Numbered from the stretch's first letter, positions 18,452 through 30,680 are shown. The stretch is 64,000 nt of DNA from an uncultured Gammaproteobacteria bacterium (GCA_963827755.1 CAWHCQ010000007.1:11036-75035); one strand, 5' to 3'. The notes: a model not told the origin generated them from the letters alone. Numbers and translations are program-made.

Positions 18452-20467
18452 GTGGAAACCCTGCTTCAACCGATACTCGACTGGATTGCACTCCATCCGT
18501 ATATGTCGAGCGTCATCGTGTTCCTGATCGCGCTGATGGAGTCCCTCATCCTGCTGGGGCTGCTGATCCCCGGCGCCGTGCTGCTGTTCGGGGCCGGCGC
18601 ACTGATCGCCACCGGCGCCCTGCCGATGGCGCCCATCATCCTCTGGACCATTCTCGGCGCCATCTGCGGCGACCTGATCAGCTTCCTGCTGGGCCATTAC
18701 TACCACCAGCAACTGCGGGTTATCTGGCCATTTCGCAACTATCCGCAACTGGTCAACCGCGGCGTCGATTTTTTCTGCAAACACGGCGGCAAAGGTGTCT
18801 TCATGGCCCGTTTCGTCGGACCGTTGCGCCCGATTGTGCCTGCCATTGCCGGGATGATGAACATGACCCTGCCGCGCTTTCTGCTGGTCGACATCATTGC
18901 CTCGATCCTCTGGGCACCCGCCTATATCCTGCCCGGCATGGTGTTCGGTGCCTCGCTGGGACTGGCTGCCGAGGTGGCCGGCCGGCTGGTGGTGTTGCTG
19001 GTCACGGTGGTCGGCGCGGCGCTGCTCGGCGTCTGGCTGATCCACAGCCTGATCCGCGTGCTGCAGCCGCACGCCTCTACACTGGTGGAACGGGTGCTGG
19101 AGCGCAGCCGCCGGCACCCCCGCATCCAGCCACTCGCCGGCTCGCTGCTGGACCCTGACCATCCCGAGGCCCGCGGGCTGGCAATCCTTTCCGTGCTGTT
19201 CTTTATCACGCTGTGGCTGTTGCTGCTGACCGTGAGCCAGGTACACAGCGGTCACTTCCTGCGTGGCATCGATCAGTATGTTTTTCATGACCTGGAAAAC
19301 CTGCGCACACCGTGGGCGGACCACGTCATGGTGTTTATCACCCAATTCGGCAACACGGGATTGCTTGCGGCTGTAGTGGCCGGCAGCTGTGCCTGGCTGT
19401 TGCTGAAAGGCTACCCGAAGGCGGCCTGGCACTGGCTCGGCGTGTATGTGTGCGCCGGCCTGCTGACCTGGACGTTGAAGGTCAGCGCACAGGTTGAACG
19501 TCCGCTCCCGTTTCTCGAGGGCTATTCATTCCCCAGTGCACATACCAGCATGAGCATTGTCGTCTATGGCTTTCTTGCGCTACTGGTGGCACGCGAGATT
19601 CCCTATCGTCACCGCTGGCTGCCCTATTCAGTTGCCGCACTGCTGGCCGGCTCGATTGCGCTGTCGCGGCTCTACCTCGGCGCGCACTGGTTTTCAGATG
19701 TGTTTGCGGGCACCGCCCTGGGCATCTTCTGGGTTGCCCTGATCGGTATCGCCTATGACCGCCACCCGGCACCGGTCCTGCCGCTGAAGCAACTGCTGGC
19801 AGTGGTCCTGGTGATCATCAGCCTGGGCGGCTTCTGGCAACTGCAACAGCGCTTTGACGAGGAACTGGCCTATTACGCGCCCCGCATCCAACTGCAGACG
19901 ATCAGCCAGGCAAGCTGGAAAGATAACGGCTGGAAAGCACTGCCGACCTGGCGTGTCGACCTGGAAGGCAGCAACGAACAACCGATGAATTTCCAGTGGG
20001 CGGGTTCACTGGCAACACTGCAGGCCGTGCTGCAGGACAAGGGCTGGCACGCGGCGACGGCCTTCGGACCCACCAGCGCAATGCACTGGCTGGCCCCGGA
20101 ACCGGAAATCGATGCCCTGCCCGTGCTGCCCCAGGTGCATGACGGTCAACACCAGCAATTGCTGCTGGTGGCACCGGCAAGCGGTAACGAGTCACGCATC
20201 CTGGCACTGCGCCTGTGGCCATCCGGCCTGCAGCTGGAAGATAGCGGGCAGACCGTGCAGCTTGGCAATATCGCCTGGCTCTATATCGAGCGGGATTTAC
20301 CGCTGATCGCCTTTCTTCGAACTGCGCCGGAATTCGACACACCGCTGCAACTGCTGCGGGCAACGCTGGCTGAAAGCGGCCGCATCAAACTGCTGCAACA
20401 CCGCCGCCGCCTGGACGACAGCCAGGTAGCGTGGCAGGGCGAAGTGTTGCTGGCATGGGAACCGTGA
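18452..20467 (+). CDS. DedA/VTT-PAP2 phosphatase-LssY-like fusion membrane protein
   Basis: 'ESLILLGLLIPG', 'ARFVGPLRP'; PAP2 motifs 'K...RP', 'SFPSAH', 'SRLYLGAHWFSDV'. Confidence 0.88.
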   Translation: METLLQPILDWIALHPYMSSVIVFLIALMESLILLGLLIPGAVLLFGAGALIATGALPMAPIILWTILGAICGDLISFLLGHYYHQQLRVIWPFRNYPQLVNRGVDFFCKHGGKGVFMARFVGPLRPIVPAIAGMMNMTLPRFLLVDIIASILWAPAYILPGMVFGASLGLAAEVAGRLVVLLVTVVGAALLGVWLIHSLIRVLQPHASTLVERVLERSRRHPRIQPLAGSLLDPDHPEARGLAILSVLFFITLWLLLLTVSQVHSGHFLRGIDQYVFHDLENLRTPWADHVMVFITQFGNTGLLAAVVAGSCAWLLLKGYPKAAWHWLGVYVCAGLLTWTLKVSAQVERPLPFLEGYSFPSAHTSMSIVVYGFLALLVAREIPYRHRWLPYSVAALLAGSIALSRLYLGAHWFSDVFAGTALGIFWVALIGIAYDRHPAPVLPLKQLLAVVLVIISLGGFWQLQQRFDEELAYYAPRIQLQTISQASWKDNGWKALPTWRVDLEGSNEQPMNFQWAGSLATLQAVLQDKGWHAATAFGPTSAMHWLAPEPEIDALPVLPQVHDGQHQQLLLVAPASGNESRILALRLWPSGLQLEDSGQTVQLGNIAWLYIERDLPLIAFLRTAPEFDTPLQLLRATLAESGRIKLLQHRRRLDDSQVAWQGEVLLAWEP

Positions 20468-20469
20468 TT

Positions 20470-20663
20470 GCTTCGTCAAACCCGTGAAACAATCGCAGGA
20501 TGGGTAAAGCACAGCGTACCCATCGGGGGCACCTTTGACGGGTACGTCGCTGCGCTCCTTTACCCATCCTACCGACCCGGCCAGATTCAGCGGATAGCTT
20601 CGTCAAATCCGTGAACCTGTGAAACAATCGTAGGATGGGTAAAGCGCAGCGTACCCATCGGGG
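20470..20663. repeat. GTAGGATGGGT-type REP cluster with a ~60-bp direct duplication
   Basis: g[c/t]aggatgggtaaagc[a/g]cagcgtacccatc at ~20496 and ~20630; inverted copy ending tttacccatcctac at ~20573. Confidence 0.85.
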
Positions 20664-20670
20664 TGTTTCG

Positions 20671-22041
20671 TTAAACCTGATTTTTTTCCAGTCCGCGGAT
20701 GAGCTTGTCATGGATGTCGCCGAACGCGCCGTTGCTCATCACCAGCAGGTGATCGCCGGCACGGGCTTCCTGCAGCACGGCCTCGACAATCGCGTCGACA
20801 CTGTCGCTGACAACGACGGGGGCATCCGATACGTCCGCTAGCGCCTGCATTGACCACTCCATCCCCGGCGGCTCATGCAGCCAGATATGATCGGCAGCAC
20901 TCCACGAATCTGCCAGCGAATCGCGGTGCACACCCATGCGCATGGTGTTGGAACGCGGTTCCAGACACAACAGGATGCGCGCATCCCCGACCCGGCGGCG
21001 CAGGCCCTGCAGGGTGGTGGCGATGGCCGTCGGGTGATGTGCAAAATCATCATAGACAGTGACCCCGTTGACCTGCCCGCGCACTTCCATGCGCCGTTTG
21101 ATCCCCGCAAAACCGGTCAATGCCGCGATCGCCTGCTCAACCGGCACACCGACATGACGGGCGGCGGCAATCGCGGCCATGGCATTGTGCACATTATGCT
21201 CGCCAAGCTGCGGCCAGCTCACCGTGCCCACGGCCTGCCCTGACAGCATCACTTCGAAGCGACTACCGTCCTCGACCAGCAGCCTGCTCTTCCAGGCAGC
21301 ACTTTCATTCAGCTTCGAAACCGCCTCCACCGGCGTCCAGCAGCCCCGCTTGAGGACGGCGTGCAGGTGCTCATCGTCATCATTGGAAATGATCAGCCCG
21401 TTCCCGGGGACGGTACGCACCAGGTGGTGAAACTGGGTTTTGATGGCATCGAGATCGGGAAAGATATCGGCATGATCATATTCAAGGTTATTCAGCACCA
21501 GTGTCCGCGGGTGGTAGTGAACGAACTTCGAACGCTTGTCGAAAAAGGCCGTGTCGTATTCATCGGCCTCGACCACGAAGAACGGGCCGCTGCCGAGGCG
21601 GGCGGAGAGGCCGAAATTTTTCGGCACCCCGCCAATCAGAAAGCCGGGTGACAGGCCGGCATACTCGAGAATCCAGGCCAGCATACTGGCAGTGGAGGTC
21701 TTGCCATGCGTACCCGCAACCGCCAGCACCCAGCGGTTCTGCAATACATTTTCGGCCAGCCACTGCGGGCCCGAGGTGTAGACAAGATTTTCATCCAATA
21801 CATGTTCAACCGCGGCATTGCCGCGTGACAGGGCATTGCCGATCACCACGCAATCCGGTGGCGGTTCAAGGTGCGCAGCGGCATAGCCTTCACAGAGGAT
21901 AATGCCCTGCTCGGCAAGCTGGGTACTCATCGGGGGATAGACGCCGGCGTCCGAGCCGCTTACCTGCACACCGAGCTCTCGGGCCAGCAGGGCAATACCG
22001 CCCATGAAGGTACCGCAAATACCCAGGATATGAATCTGCAT
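20671..22041 (-). CDS. mpl: Murein peptide ligase
   Basis: 'IHILGICGTFMGG', 'AGTHGKTST', 'EADEYDTAFFDKRSKFVHY', 'DDFAHHPTAI'. Confidence 0.97.
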   Translation of the reverse strand: MQIHILGICGTFMGGIALLARELGVQVSGSDAGVYPPMSTQLAEQGIILCEGYAAAHLEPPPDCVVIGNALSRGNAAVEHVLDENLVYTSGPQWLAENVLQNRWVLAVAGTHGKTSTASMLAWILEYAGLSPGFLIGGVPKNFGLSARLGSGPFFVVEADEYDTAFFDKRSKFVHYHPRTLVLNNLEYDHADIFPDLDAIKTQFHHLVRTVPGNGLIISNDDDEHLHAVLKRGCWTPVEAVSKLNESAAWKSRLLVEDGSRFEVMLSGQAVGTVSWPQLGEHNVHNAMAAIAAARHVGVPVEQAIAALTGFAGIKRRMEVRGQVNGVTVYDDFAHHPTAIATTLQGLRRRVGDARILLCLEPRSNTMRMGVHRDSLADSWSAADHIWLHEPPGMEWSMQALADVSDAPVVVSDSVDAIVEAVLQEARAGDHLLVMSNGAFGDIHDKLIRGLEKNQV

Positions 22042-22069
22042 ATTGATGCCGCTGAAATCCGGCGGGCGG

Positions 22070-23221
22070 CTAGCGTCTCTTGCGGGCGGCCGGCTTCTTT
22101 TTCGCCACAGGTTTTTTCAGTGTTTTTTTCTTCACCGTCCGGGCGACCGCTTTTTTCCTTGCCGCGGCCTTTTTTACGGGTGCCTTCTTCTGCGTGGCCT
22201 TTTTCTTCACCGCCGCCTTTTTCTTTACCGCGGGTTTCCTGGCCGCCGTGCGCTTCCGTGATACCTTCTTCTTCACCGCAACCTTCTTCTTCGCAGCGGC
22301 TTTCTTCTTCACGGCCACCTTCTTTTTCACAACCGCCTTCTTCTTCACCGCAACCTTCTTCTTCACAGCGGTTTTCCTGACAGCAGCCTTCTTCACCGCC
22401 GTTTTCTTCACGGCTGCCTTTTTCTTCACCGCTGTTTTCTTCACCGCCGCTTTCTTGCTCACCGCCTTTTTCTTTACCGTGGCTTTTTTCTTCCCTTCGC
22501 CCTTCTTGGCGGCATGGTGCTTGGCGATCGCGGCGCGAATGGTATCGGAGCGTGTGGCACCCTTGGTGGTGGCCTTGACATTGTCAACGATCTTGCAAAC
22601 GGCCTTGAAAATATCGGAAATCTCGCCAACACCCTGAACAGTATGCATTTTTTTCTGATCCTGGTAATAATCGATCACCGGGATGGTATGCGTTTCATAG
22701 ACCCTCAGGCGGCTGCCGATGGTCTCTTCATTGTCATCACCCCGATGCCGCAGCCGGCCGCCGCATTCATCACAGCGCCCCTCGATATGCGGTGGTGAAT
22801 AAAATACGTTATACATCTGGCCACAGGTCAGGCAGGTCCGCCGGCCAACCAGGCGCTGGATCAGGGCATCCACATCGACGGCAACCAGCAAGGCCAGGTG
22901 CAACGGCTGGCCGAGGCTCATCAGCAGCAGGTCAAGCGCCTCGGATTGCTGCACGTTCCTGGGAAACCCGTCCAGAATAAAGCCCTTGCGGGCATCCGGG
23001 CGCATGACCCGCTCCTTGATAATGCCGAGCACGATTTCATCATTCACCAGTTGCCCGGCATCCATGGCAACCTTTGCCTGGCGGCCCAGCGGGCTGCCCG
23101 CGGCCACCGCCTCACGCAACATATCGCCGGTCGAAATCTGCGGCAGCTTGTAGCGCTCCGCAAGGAGCTTTGCCTGGGTGCCCTTGCCGGAACCCGGCGC
23201 ACCCAGCAGTACGATTCTCAT
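22070..23221 (-). CDS. adk: Adenylate kinase (Zn-LID) fused to a long Lys/Ala/Val-rich histone-like tail
   Basis: GAPGSGKGTQ, 'GFILDGFPR', LID CLTC...CDEC; C-terminal KKAAV/KKTAV/KKKVAV repeats in the same frame. Confidence 0.93.
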   Translation of the reverse strand: MRIVLLGAPGSGKGTQAKLLAERYKLPQISTGDMLREAVAAGSPLGRQAKVAMDAGQLVNDEIVLGIIKERVMRPDARKGFILDGFPRNVQQSEALDLLLMSLGQPLHLALLVAVDVDALIQRLVGRRTCLTCGQMYNVFYSPPHIEGRCDECGGRLRHRGDDNEETIGSRLRVYETHTIPVIDYYQDQKKMHTVQGVGEISDIFKAVCKIVDNVKATTKGATRSDTIRAAIAKHHAAKKGEGKKKATVKKKAVSKKAAVKKTAVKKKAAVKKTAVKKAAVRKTAVKKKVAVKKKAVVKKKVAVKKKAAAKKKVAVKKKVSRKRTAARKPAVKKKAAVKKKATQKKAPVKKAAARKKAVARTVKKKTLKKPVAKKKPAARKRR

Positions 23222-23463
23222 GGTGTGGAGGTACTCCTCAAGGTATGAATATTATTAACTTCCTGAATTCCGGAAGATTTTATTAATACAGACATATGAT
23301 TTTTTACGTGGCCGTCATGCGGGACAGCGTTTAAGCTACCCTCTGCCAGTGGTAGAAGTCAACGAAGTTCATGAAATAAATCAGGTTTTGAGCTAGAATC
23401 TGGCGCCCTTGATGCGCGCGCTGGTCGCCCATCGACCCTTACAGAGACGCCAGCAGAGCCAAA

Positions 23464-23875
23464 ATGAGCGCTATCGACGATTTCATGGAAAGTGAATTAT
23501 GGATCATCAACACCATCGCTGGAAGAGCGCTACGGCAAGACGATGGAACTGCAGATGGCGGACATCGAGTTGCGCCTGAACCCGTACGCAACCGAGCTCA
23601 CACCCTGCCCGGCCGCCTTCTGGGAACATGAAAATTGCAAGTTCATTGTCTGCAAGACCGGTCCAACGCGCTACCGCAGCCAGTTCTATTACCGCGTCCA
23701 CAAAATGTACGGCACCGGCGTGGAAGAGTATGACGACCTGTCGGAATGCATGGTAACGCTGTTGCAGGTACAGGCGGACTTTGTTGCCGACGAGAGCAAC
23801 GCCGCAGATAGCATGGGGTCAGAGCACATTTTTTCCTTATATTCCATAAATACACCTGGAGTAGCAGGAATATAA
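23464..23875 (+). CDS. Hypothetical protein, frameshifted near 23510
   Basis: ATG 23464 MSAIDDFMESELWIIN joins 'SLEERYG...FIVCKTG..RYRSQFYY...YGTGVEEYDDL' of ORF 23492-23875. Confidence 0.7.
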
Positions 23876-23897
23876 GGAAAAAATGTGCTCTGACCCC
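23815..23897. repeat. GGGGTCAGAG-type palindromic element
   Basis: Perfect 31-bp inverted repeat at 23815-23845 and 23867-23897. Confidence 0.9.
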
Positions 23898-23929
23898 GAT
23901 TAAATTAGCAAACCAAGGGAGAGCAACAC

Positions 23930-25207
23930 ATGGCAAAATCAGCCACGAAAAAGAATGCGTTCTACGCACAATCAGGCGGTGTTACCGCGGTCATCAATGC
24001 ATCCGCCTGTGGCGTGATCGAGACGGCGCGCAAGCACAAGAAAAAGATAGGCAAGGTCTATGCGGGACGCAACGGCATCATCGGTGCGCTGACGGAAGAC
24101 CTGATCGATACCAGCAAGGAATCCGCGCGCGACATCGCCGCACTGCGCCAGACACCCTCCGGCGCCTTCGGCTCCTGCCGTTACAAGATGAAGAGCCTGG
24201 AGGCCAACAAGCGTGAGTATGACCGCCTGATCGAAGTCTTTGCGGCGCATAACATCGGTTACTTCTTCTATAACGGCGGCGGCGACTCGGCCGACACCTG
24301 CCTGAAGGTTTCCCAGCTCTCCAAGGCAACCGGCTACCCGATCCAGGCCATTCACATTCCCAAGACCGTGGACAACGATCTGCCGATCACCGACAACTGC
24401 CCCGGCTTTGGCTCCGTGGCCAAGTACATCGCCATCTCCACCCGTGAAGCCAGCTTTGACGTGGCCTCCATGTGCGCCACCTCGACCAAGGTGTTCGTGC
24501 TCGAGGTGATGGGCCGCCATGCAGGCTGGATCGCAGCGGCCGGCGGCATGGCCGCCTCGAAAAACTGCGACCTGCCGATCGTTATCCTGTTTCCCGAGGT
24601 GCCTTTCAACCAGGAGAAGTTCCTCAAGGAAGTAGACGACAAGGTAAAAAAATACGGCTATGTCTCCATCGTCGTCTCCGAGGGTGTCGCCGACAGCGAG
24701 GGCAAATTCCTTGCAGACCAGGGCCTGAAAGATGCCTTTGGCCACGCCCAGCTCGGCGGTGTGGCCCCGGTCATTGCCAACATGGTGCGCGACAAGCTCG
24801 GCTATAAATATCACTGGGCCGTGGCAGACTACCTGCAACGTGCGGCACGCCATATCGCTTCCAAATCCGATGTCGAGCAGGCCTACGCCCTGGGCAAGGC
24901 CGGCGTCGAGCTGGCACTGGCCGGCAAGAACTCCGTCATGCCAACCATTGTGCGCACCTCCAACAACCCCTACCGCTGGAAAATCGGCGAGGCAAAACTG
25001 TCACGCGTCGCCAATGTCGAGAAGATGATGCCGAAGGGCTACATCACCAAAGACGGCTTCGGCATTACCCAAAGCTGCCGCAATTACCTGGCACCGCTGA
25101 TGCGGGGCGAGGACTACCCGAGCTATGGCAAGGACGGGCTGCCAAAGTACGTCATGCTTAAAAACGTTTCGGTGCCCCGGAAACTGAATGACTTCGAGGT
25201 CAAGTAG
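23930..25207 (+). CDS. pfp: 6-phosphofructokinase, probably pyrophosphate-dependent
   Basis: 'QSGGVTAVIN', NGGGDS (Asp at the E. coli G104 position), PKTVDND (Lys), 'EVMGRHAGW'; close to hppA. Confidence 0.85.
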   Translation: MAKSATKKNAFYAQSGGVTAVINASACGVIETARKHKKKIGKVYAGRNGIIGALTEDLIDTSKESARDIAALRQTPSGAFGSCRYKMKSLEANKREYDRLIEVFAAHNIGYFFYNGGGDSADTCLKVSQLSKATGYPIQAIHIPKTVDNDLPITDNCPGFGSVAKYIAISTREASFDVASMCATSTKVFVLEVMGRHAGWIAAAGGMAASKNCDLPIVILFPEVPFNQEKFLKEVDDKVKKYGYVSIVVSEGVADSEGKFLADQGLKDAFGHAQLGGVAPVIANMVRDKLGYKYHWAVADYLQRAARHIASKSDVEQAYALGKAGVELALAGKNSVMPTIVRTSNNPYRWKIGEAKLSRVANVEKMMPKGYITKDGFGITQSCRNYLAPLMRGEDYPSYGKDGLPKYVMLKNVSVPRKLNDFEVK

Positions 25208-25222
25208 ACCGGAAACCCGCCC

Positions 25223-25435
25223 ATGACCCTTGATAAAGCCGATGAACTGCTGGCCGTGCAAGTCGACATGGGCGGCGGCTATAATCGCAACGCCGCACGC
25301 CTGATCCTGGCGGAAGTACAGCAGGATCATGGCCAGACGGCCGTGGATGCCCTGATTGAAAAATACAACATGGAAGAACTGTTCGGCCTGAAACCGGGCA
25401 CCGTATTCAATAAACCTGATTCAACTAAATTCTAA
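25223..25435 (+). CDS. Small hypothetical protein (70 aa) between pfp and hppA
   Basis: Clean ORF with 15-bp and 22-bp gaps to its neighbours and host-like codons. Confidence 0.7.
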   Translation: MTLDKADELLAVQVDMGGGYNRNAARLILAEVQQDHGQTAVDALIEKYNMEELFGLKPGTVFNKPDSTKF

Positions 25436-25457
25436 AGTCGCTATAGGGAGAGACCCG

Positions 25458-27485
<2,028 letters not shown>

Positions 27486-27515
27486 TCCAGCAGGATAACC
27501 GGGCCCCGATAAATC

Positions 27516-27580
27516 GTAGGAGCCAGCGCCAGCTGGCGAAGCATTCGTTGAGGGGTTCGCGAGCTGGCGCTCGCTCCTAC
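27516..27580. repeat. REP doublet GTAGGAGCCAGCGCCAGCTGGCGA
   Basis: Inverted pair; same family at 29758, 48370 and 51036. Confidence 0.9.
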
Positions 27581-27610
27581 AGCAGGTTTAAGCAGGATAT
27601 ATCAAAGCCT

Positions 27611-28150
27611 ATGAAAGTTTGCATCGTTTCCGACAGCCATGACCAGACCGGATTCCTGGAGGCCGCCGTACGCGAGGCCGTTGCGGCCGGCGCGCAGGCC
27701 GTGCTGCACTGCGGTGATGTCGTCAAACCGGAGACCCTGAAAGTCATCATGCCGTTTGACCTGCCGGTGTACGTTATCCATGGCAATAACAGCGGCAACC
27801 TGGCGATGATGTCCCGAATAGCGTCCGAAGAGTCCAGTAACGTGCACTACTACGGGCATGATGCGGGCTTCGAACTGGCCGGCAGGCGTATCTACCTGGT
27901 GCACTTTCCGGATTACGCCAACAGCATGAGCACCACGGGCGAATGGGACCTGGTGTGTTGCGGGCACAGCCACAAGGCGGCCGTCAGCGCCGTCGAGAAC
28001 CGGATGGGCACGCTCACCCACCTGGTAAACCCGGGCACCGTCGGCGGCATCGGTGCACCGGCAACCTGGGTACTGGGCGATCTCGAGGCCATGACCTTCA
28101 GCATTTTTGACGTCCCCGGCAGCATGGCAGCGAAGCAGGAAACGGCATAA
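27611..28150 (+). CDS. YfcE-like metallophosphoesterase
   Basis: SDSH, HCGD, GNN, GHSH and NPG motifs. Confidence 0.88.
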   Translation: MKVCIVSDSHDQTGFLEAAVREAVAAGAQAVLHCGDVVKPETLKVIMPFDLPVYVIHGNNSGNLAMMSRIASEESSNVHYYGHDAGFELAGRRIYLVHFPDYANSMSTTGEWDLVCCGHSHKAAVSAVENRMGTLTHLVNPGTVGGIGAPATWVLGDLEAMTFSIFDVPGSMAAKQETA

Positions 28151-28860
28151 TGAAAGTACCCGGCCCCGAAGACATGGTAATTGGCGACAAGAGCGGCATC
28201 GACCTGTCCGACTCACGGCCTTCCCTGCAGGCCCAGCTGAATGAACTGGAGAAACAGCTTGCGGCACTGCCGGCCGACTGCAGCGCCATCGAACGTGCAC
28301 GCATTCGGCTGGATATCGCCGAGACCCTGCTGGGTCTGCAGAGAAAGAAGGACAGCTGGGACATCGGCCGCGAGATATTCGACGTATTCGCGGCCGAGGA
28401 GGCGTGGGCCGACGCCATCGAAACCTGCGATGTCCTGTTCCAGTGCGAACAACCCGAGTCGCTGATCGCCCTTGGCAACGGCATCTGGCTGTCGGTCACC
28501 TACCCGGTGCCCGCACAGCTGACCGTGGCCATGCTGCAGCATGTCATCGATGAGACCCCGGACACCTCGGACGGTGCGGCCGTCGCCGCCATGGCCGCCC
28601 ACTACATTGCCGACCTGCGCACCGAGGGTGAAGAGCATGACAGCCTGACCTTCTTCACCAACCAGATCGTCGCCGGCGTGGCCAAGCGTCACCGCGGCAT
28701 TGAAAATGATCCCGAGATGATCAGGATGTGGATCGAGATTCTGGAACTGAATGACGTCAACGAATTGCTGTCACGCCTGTCCGTGATGCTCGACACCATT
28801 GTCGGCGATAGCTGGTGGGTTGACCGCGACGCCCTGCGCGCAAAACTGCCGGTGAATTGA
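28150..28860 (+). CDS. Hypothetical alpha-helical protein
   Basis: TAATG overlap with the upstream stop; acidic helical sequence; no motif recognised. Confidence 0.75.
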   Translation: MKVPGPEDMVIGDKSGIDLSDSRPSLQAQLNELEKQLAALPADCSAIERARIRLDIAETLLGLQRKKDSWDIGREIFDVFAAEEAWADAIETCDVLFQCEQPESLIALGNGIWLSVTYPVPAQLTVAMLQHVIDETPDTSDGAAVAAMAAHYIADLRTEGEEHDSLTFFTNQIVAGVAKRHRGIENDPEMIRMWIEILELNDVNELLSRLSVMLDTIVGDSWWVDRDALRAKLPVN

Positions 28861-28973
28861 CGGGACCCGTCAAACCCCGTCCGCGGCAGAGCTGATCGCT
28901 GCACAACGTGCACCCTGCCCTTGAACGCCCCCTTTTTTCACACCCACCTGAGTGGCATGTGCATCGGCATTCC

Positions 28974-29690
28974 TCAGGAACCCCAGGGCACCATTTCAAC
29001 ATCGAGGCACAGGTTTACCGTCCCGCTGACCGCAAACCGGCGGCTGCGCATGTCGAACCGGTAGCGGTTTACCTGTCCCTTGCCCTTCAGCAAGATCCGG
29101 TCCGGCAGGTTGCCCAGGCCCTCTTCGAGAATATCGATGCCGACATCGAAGACGACCGGCTGCGTCTTGCCGCGCAGGGTAAGGTCACCGTAGATATAGC
29201 CCTGCAGCGGGGCCAGCCATTCAAAGGCCCGGCCGATGAACAGGATATCCGGGTAGCGGCCAATGTCCATGAATTCGGGACCCATCGCCAGCGGCCCCAG
29301 CTTTTCATTGCTGACTTCCATGGGGCTGGTATGGATCAGCAGCAGCGCCTGTCCATAGCGCTGCGTAAGGGACGGCATGACCAGGCCACCGACGAGACTG
29401 GTGAACTCGGCGCGGAATTCCTGCCGCGGGAAATGCCGGACACAGAACCCCACCCTGGAGTTGCCCGGAACGACGCGATACAACCGACCTTCACGGGCCG
29501 CGCTGCGCATCACCTCGAGCAGCCGCGCATCGACGCGGCCGTCTTCAAAGGGCCGGCACGGCTCAACCGCAAACGCCGCCGCCGTGGTCAGTACCAGCAG
29601 CACCGCCAGACAGGCCCGCAGGCAGCTGGACAATTGCACCCGGACTGCCGCGCGGAGATCAACAGGCTTGTTACCCATACCGTGAAGCAT
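28974..29690 (-). CDS. YceI-family periplasmic lipid/polyisoprenoid-binding protein
   Basis: Signal-like 'LAVLLVLTTAAAFA'; 'SRVGF.V', 'YPDILF', 'GDLTLRGKTQPV', 'NRYRFDM'; start uncertain. Confidence 0.75.
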   Translation of the reverse strand: MLHGMGNKPVDLRAAVRVQLSSCLRACLAVLLVLTTAAAFAVEPCRPFEDGRVDARLLEVMRSAAREGRLYRVVPGNSRVGFCVRHFPRQEFRAEFTSLVGGLVMPSLTQRYGQALLLIHTSPMEVSNEKLGPLAMGPEFMDIGRYPDILFIGRAFEWLAPLQGYIYGDLTLRGKTQPVVFDVGIDILEEGLGNLPDRILLKGKGQVNRYRFDMRSRRFAVSGTVNLCLDVEMVPWGS

Positions 29691-29757
29691 GGGATCTCAA
29701 CGGTTCCTGAACCTTGACCCTGGTCAATCTGAAGGCCATCTCTGTAAATTTCTCATT

Positions 29758-29842
29758 TGTAGGAGCCAGCGCCAGCTGGCGAAGGGTGGTATCACCGGAT
29801 CTCTGTGCAAGACACCTTCGCCAGCTGGCGCTGGCTCCTACA
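29758..29842. repeat. REP doublet
   Basis: tgtaggagccagcgccagctggcgaagg...ccttcgccagctggcgctggctcctaca. Confidence 0.92.
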
Positions 29843-29923
29843 CGATTACAATAACTGCCTGAAGCGCGGGCCTGTTCGGGTAACATCGCCTACAATCAAG
29901 TCTGGAAGCCGGGTTGGCGCGGG

Positions 29924-30670
29924 GTGAGCGTTATGTTGTACAGACATTCGATATTCTGGCACGGCGTCGTCATACTGCTGTTGCTGTCATCGGCGGCGCG
30001 GGCTGACGGGTATGCACAGGCGCGCCAGCAGATGATTGAAGCAATCGGGCAGGATGTACACGAAACCAGCCTGTACCTCGACAAGCTGGCGCTTGACCCG
30101 CGGGTCATGACGGCCATGGGCAAGGTACCCCGGCACGAATTCGTCCCCGCCGCACAGCGCCCGCATGCCTACGACAACCGGCCGCTGCCCATCGGCCACG
30201 GGCAAACGATTTCGCAACCCTACATCGTTGCCCTGATGAGTGACCTGATCAAGCCGCAGGCGAATGACAGGATACTGGAGCTCGGCACCGGCTCCGGCTA
30301 CCAGGCCGCCGTTCTGGCCGAGCTCACCGGGCAGGTTTACAGCATCGAGATCATCGAGGCGCTCGGCGAGCAGGCGGCCGAGCGCTTGTCGCGACTGGGG
30401 TATGACAACATCACGCTGCGCATCGGCGACGGCTATTACGGCTGGGAAGAACACGCCCCCTTCGATGCCATCGTGGTCACGGCGGCCGCCGGCCACGTAC
30501 CGCCCGCGCTGGTGGCACAACTCAAACCCGGTGGCCGCATGGTCATTCCGGTCGGCAGCCGCTTTCTCACCCAGCAACTGGTGCTGATCGAAAAACAGGC
30601 AGGCGGGCAGCTCATTACCCGGCAAATCTTACCCGTCAAGTTCGTGCCGCTCACCGGGAAGCACGATTAA
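29924..30670 (+). CDS. pcm: Protein-L-isoaspartate O-methyltransferase with an N-terminal signal-peptide-like segment
   Basis: 'VPRHEFVP', 'GQTISQPYIVALM', 'LELGTGSGYQAA', 'GDGYYGW..HAPFDAIVVTAA', 'FVPL'. Confidence 0.92.
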   Translation: MSVMLYRHSIFWHGVVILLLLSSAARADGYAQARQQMIEAIGQDVHETSLYLDKLALDPRVMTAMGKVPRHEFVPAAQRPHAYDNRPLPIGHGQTISQPYIVALMSDLIKPQANDRILELGTGSGYQAAVLAELTGQVYSIEIIEALGEQAAERLSRLGYDNITLRIGDGYYGWEEHAPFDAIVVTAAAGHVPPALVAQLKPGGRMVIPVGSRFLTQQLVLIEKQAGGQLITRQILPVKFVPLTGKHD

Positions 30671-30680
30671 CCGGCAGCGT

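Noticed and set aside
22080-22637. 185-aa Phe/Thr/Ala-rich ORF resembling a membrane protein
   Set aside because: Antisense shadow of the Lys-rich adk tail (AAG read as CTT/TTC)
23401-23415. Possible sigma-54 promoter TGGCGCCCTTGATGC upstream of the pfp-hppA run
   Set aside because: GG/GC spacing fits but both boxes deviate from TGGCACG-N4-TTGC; too weak to call
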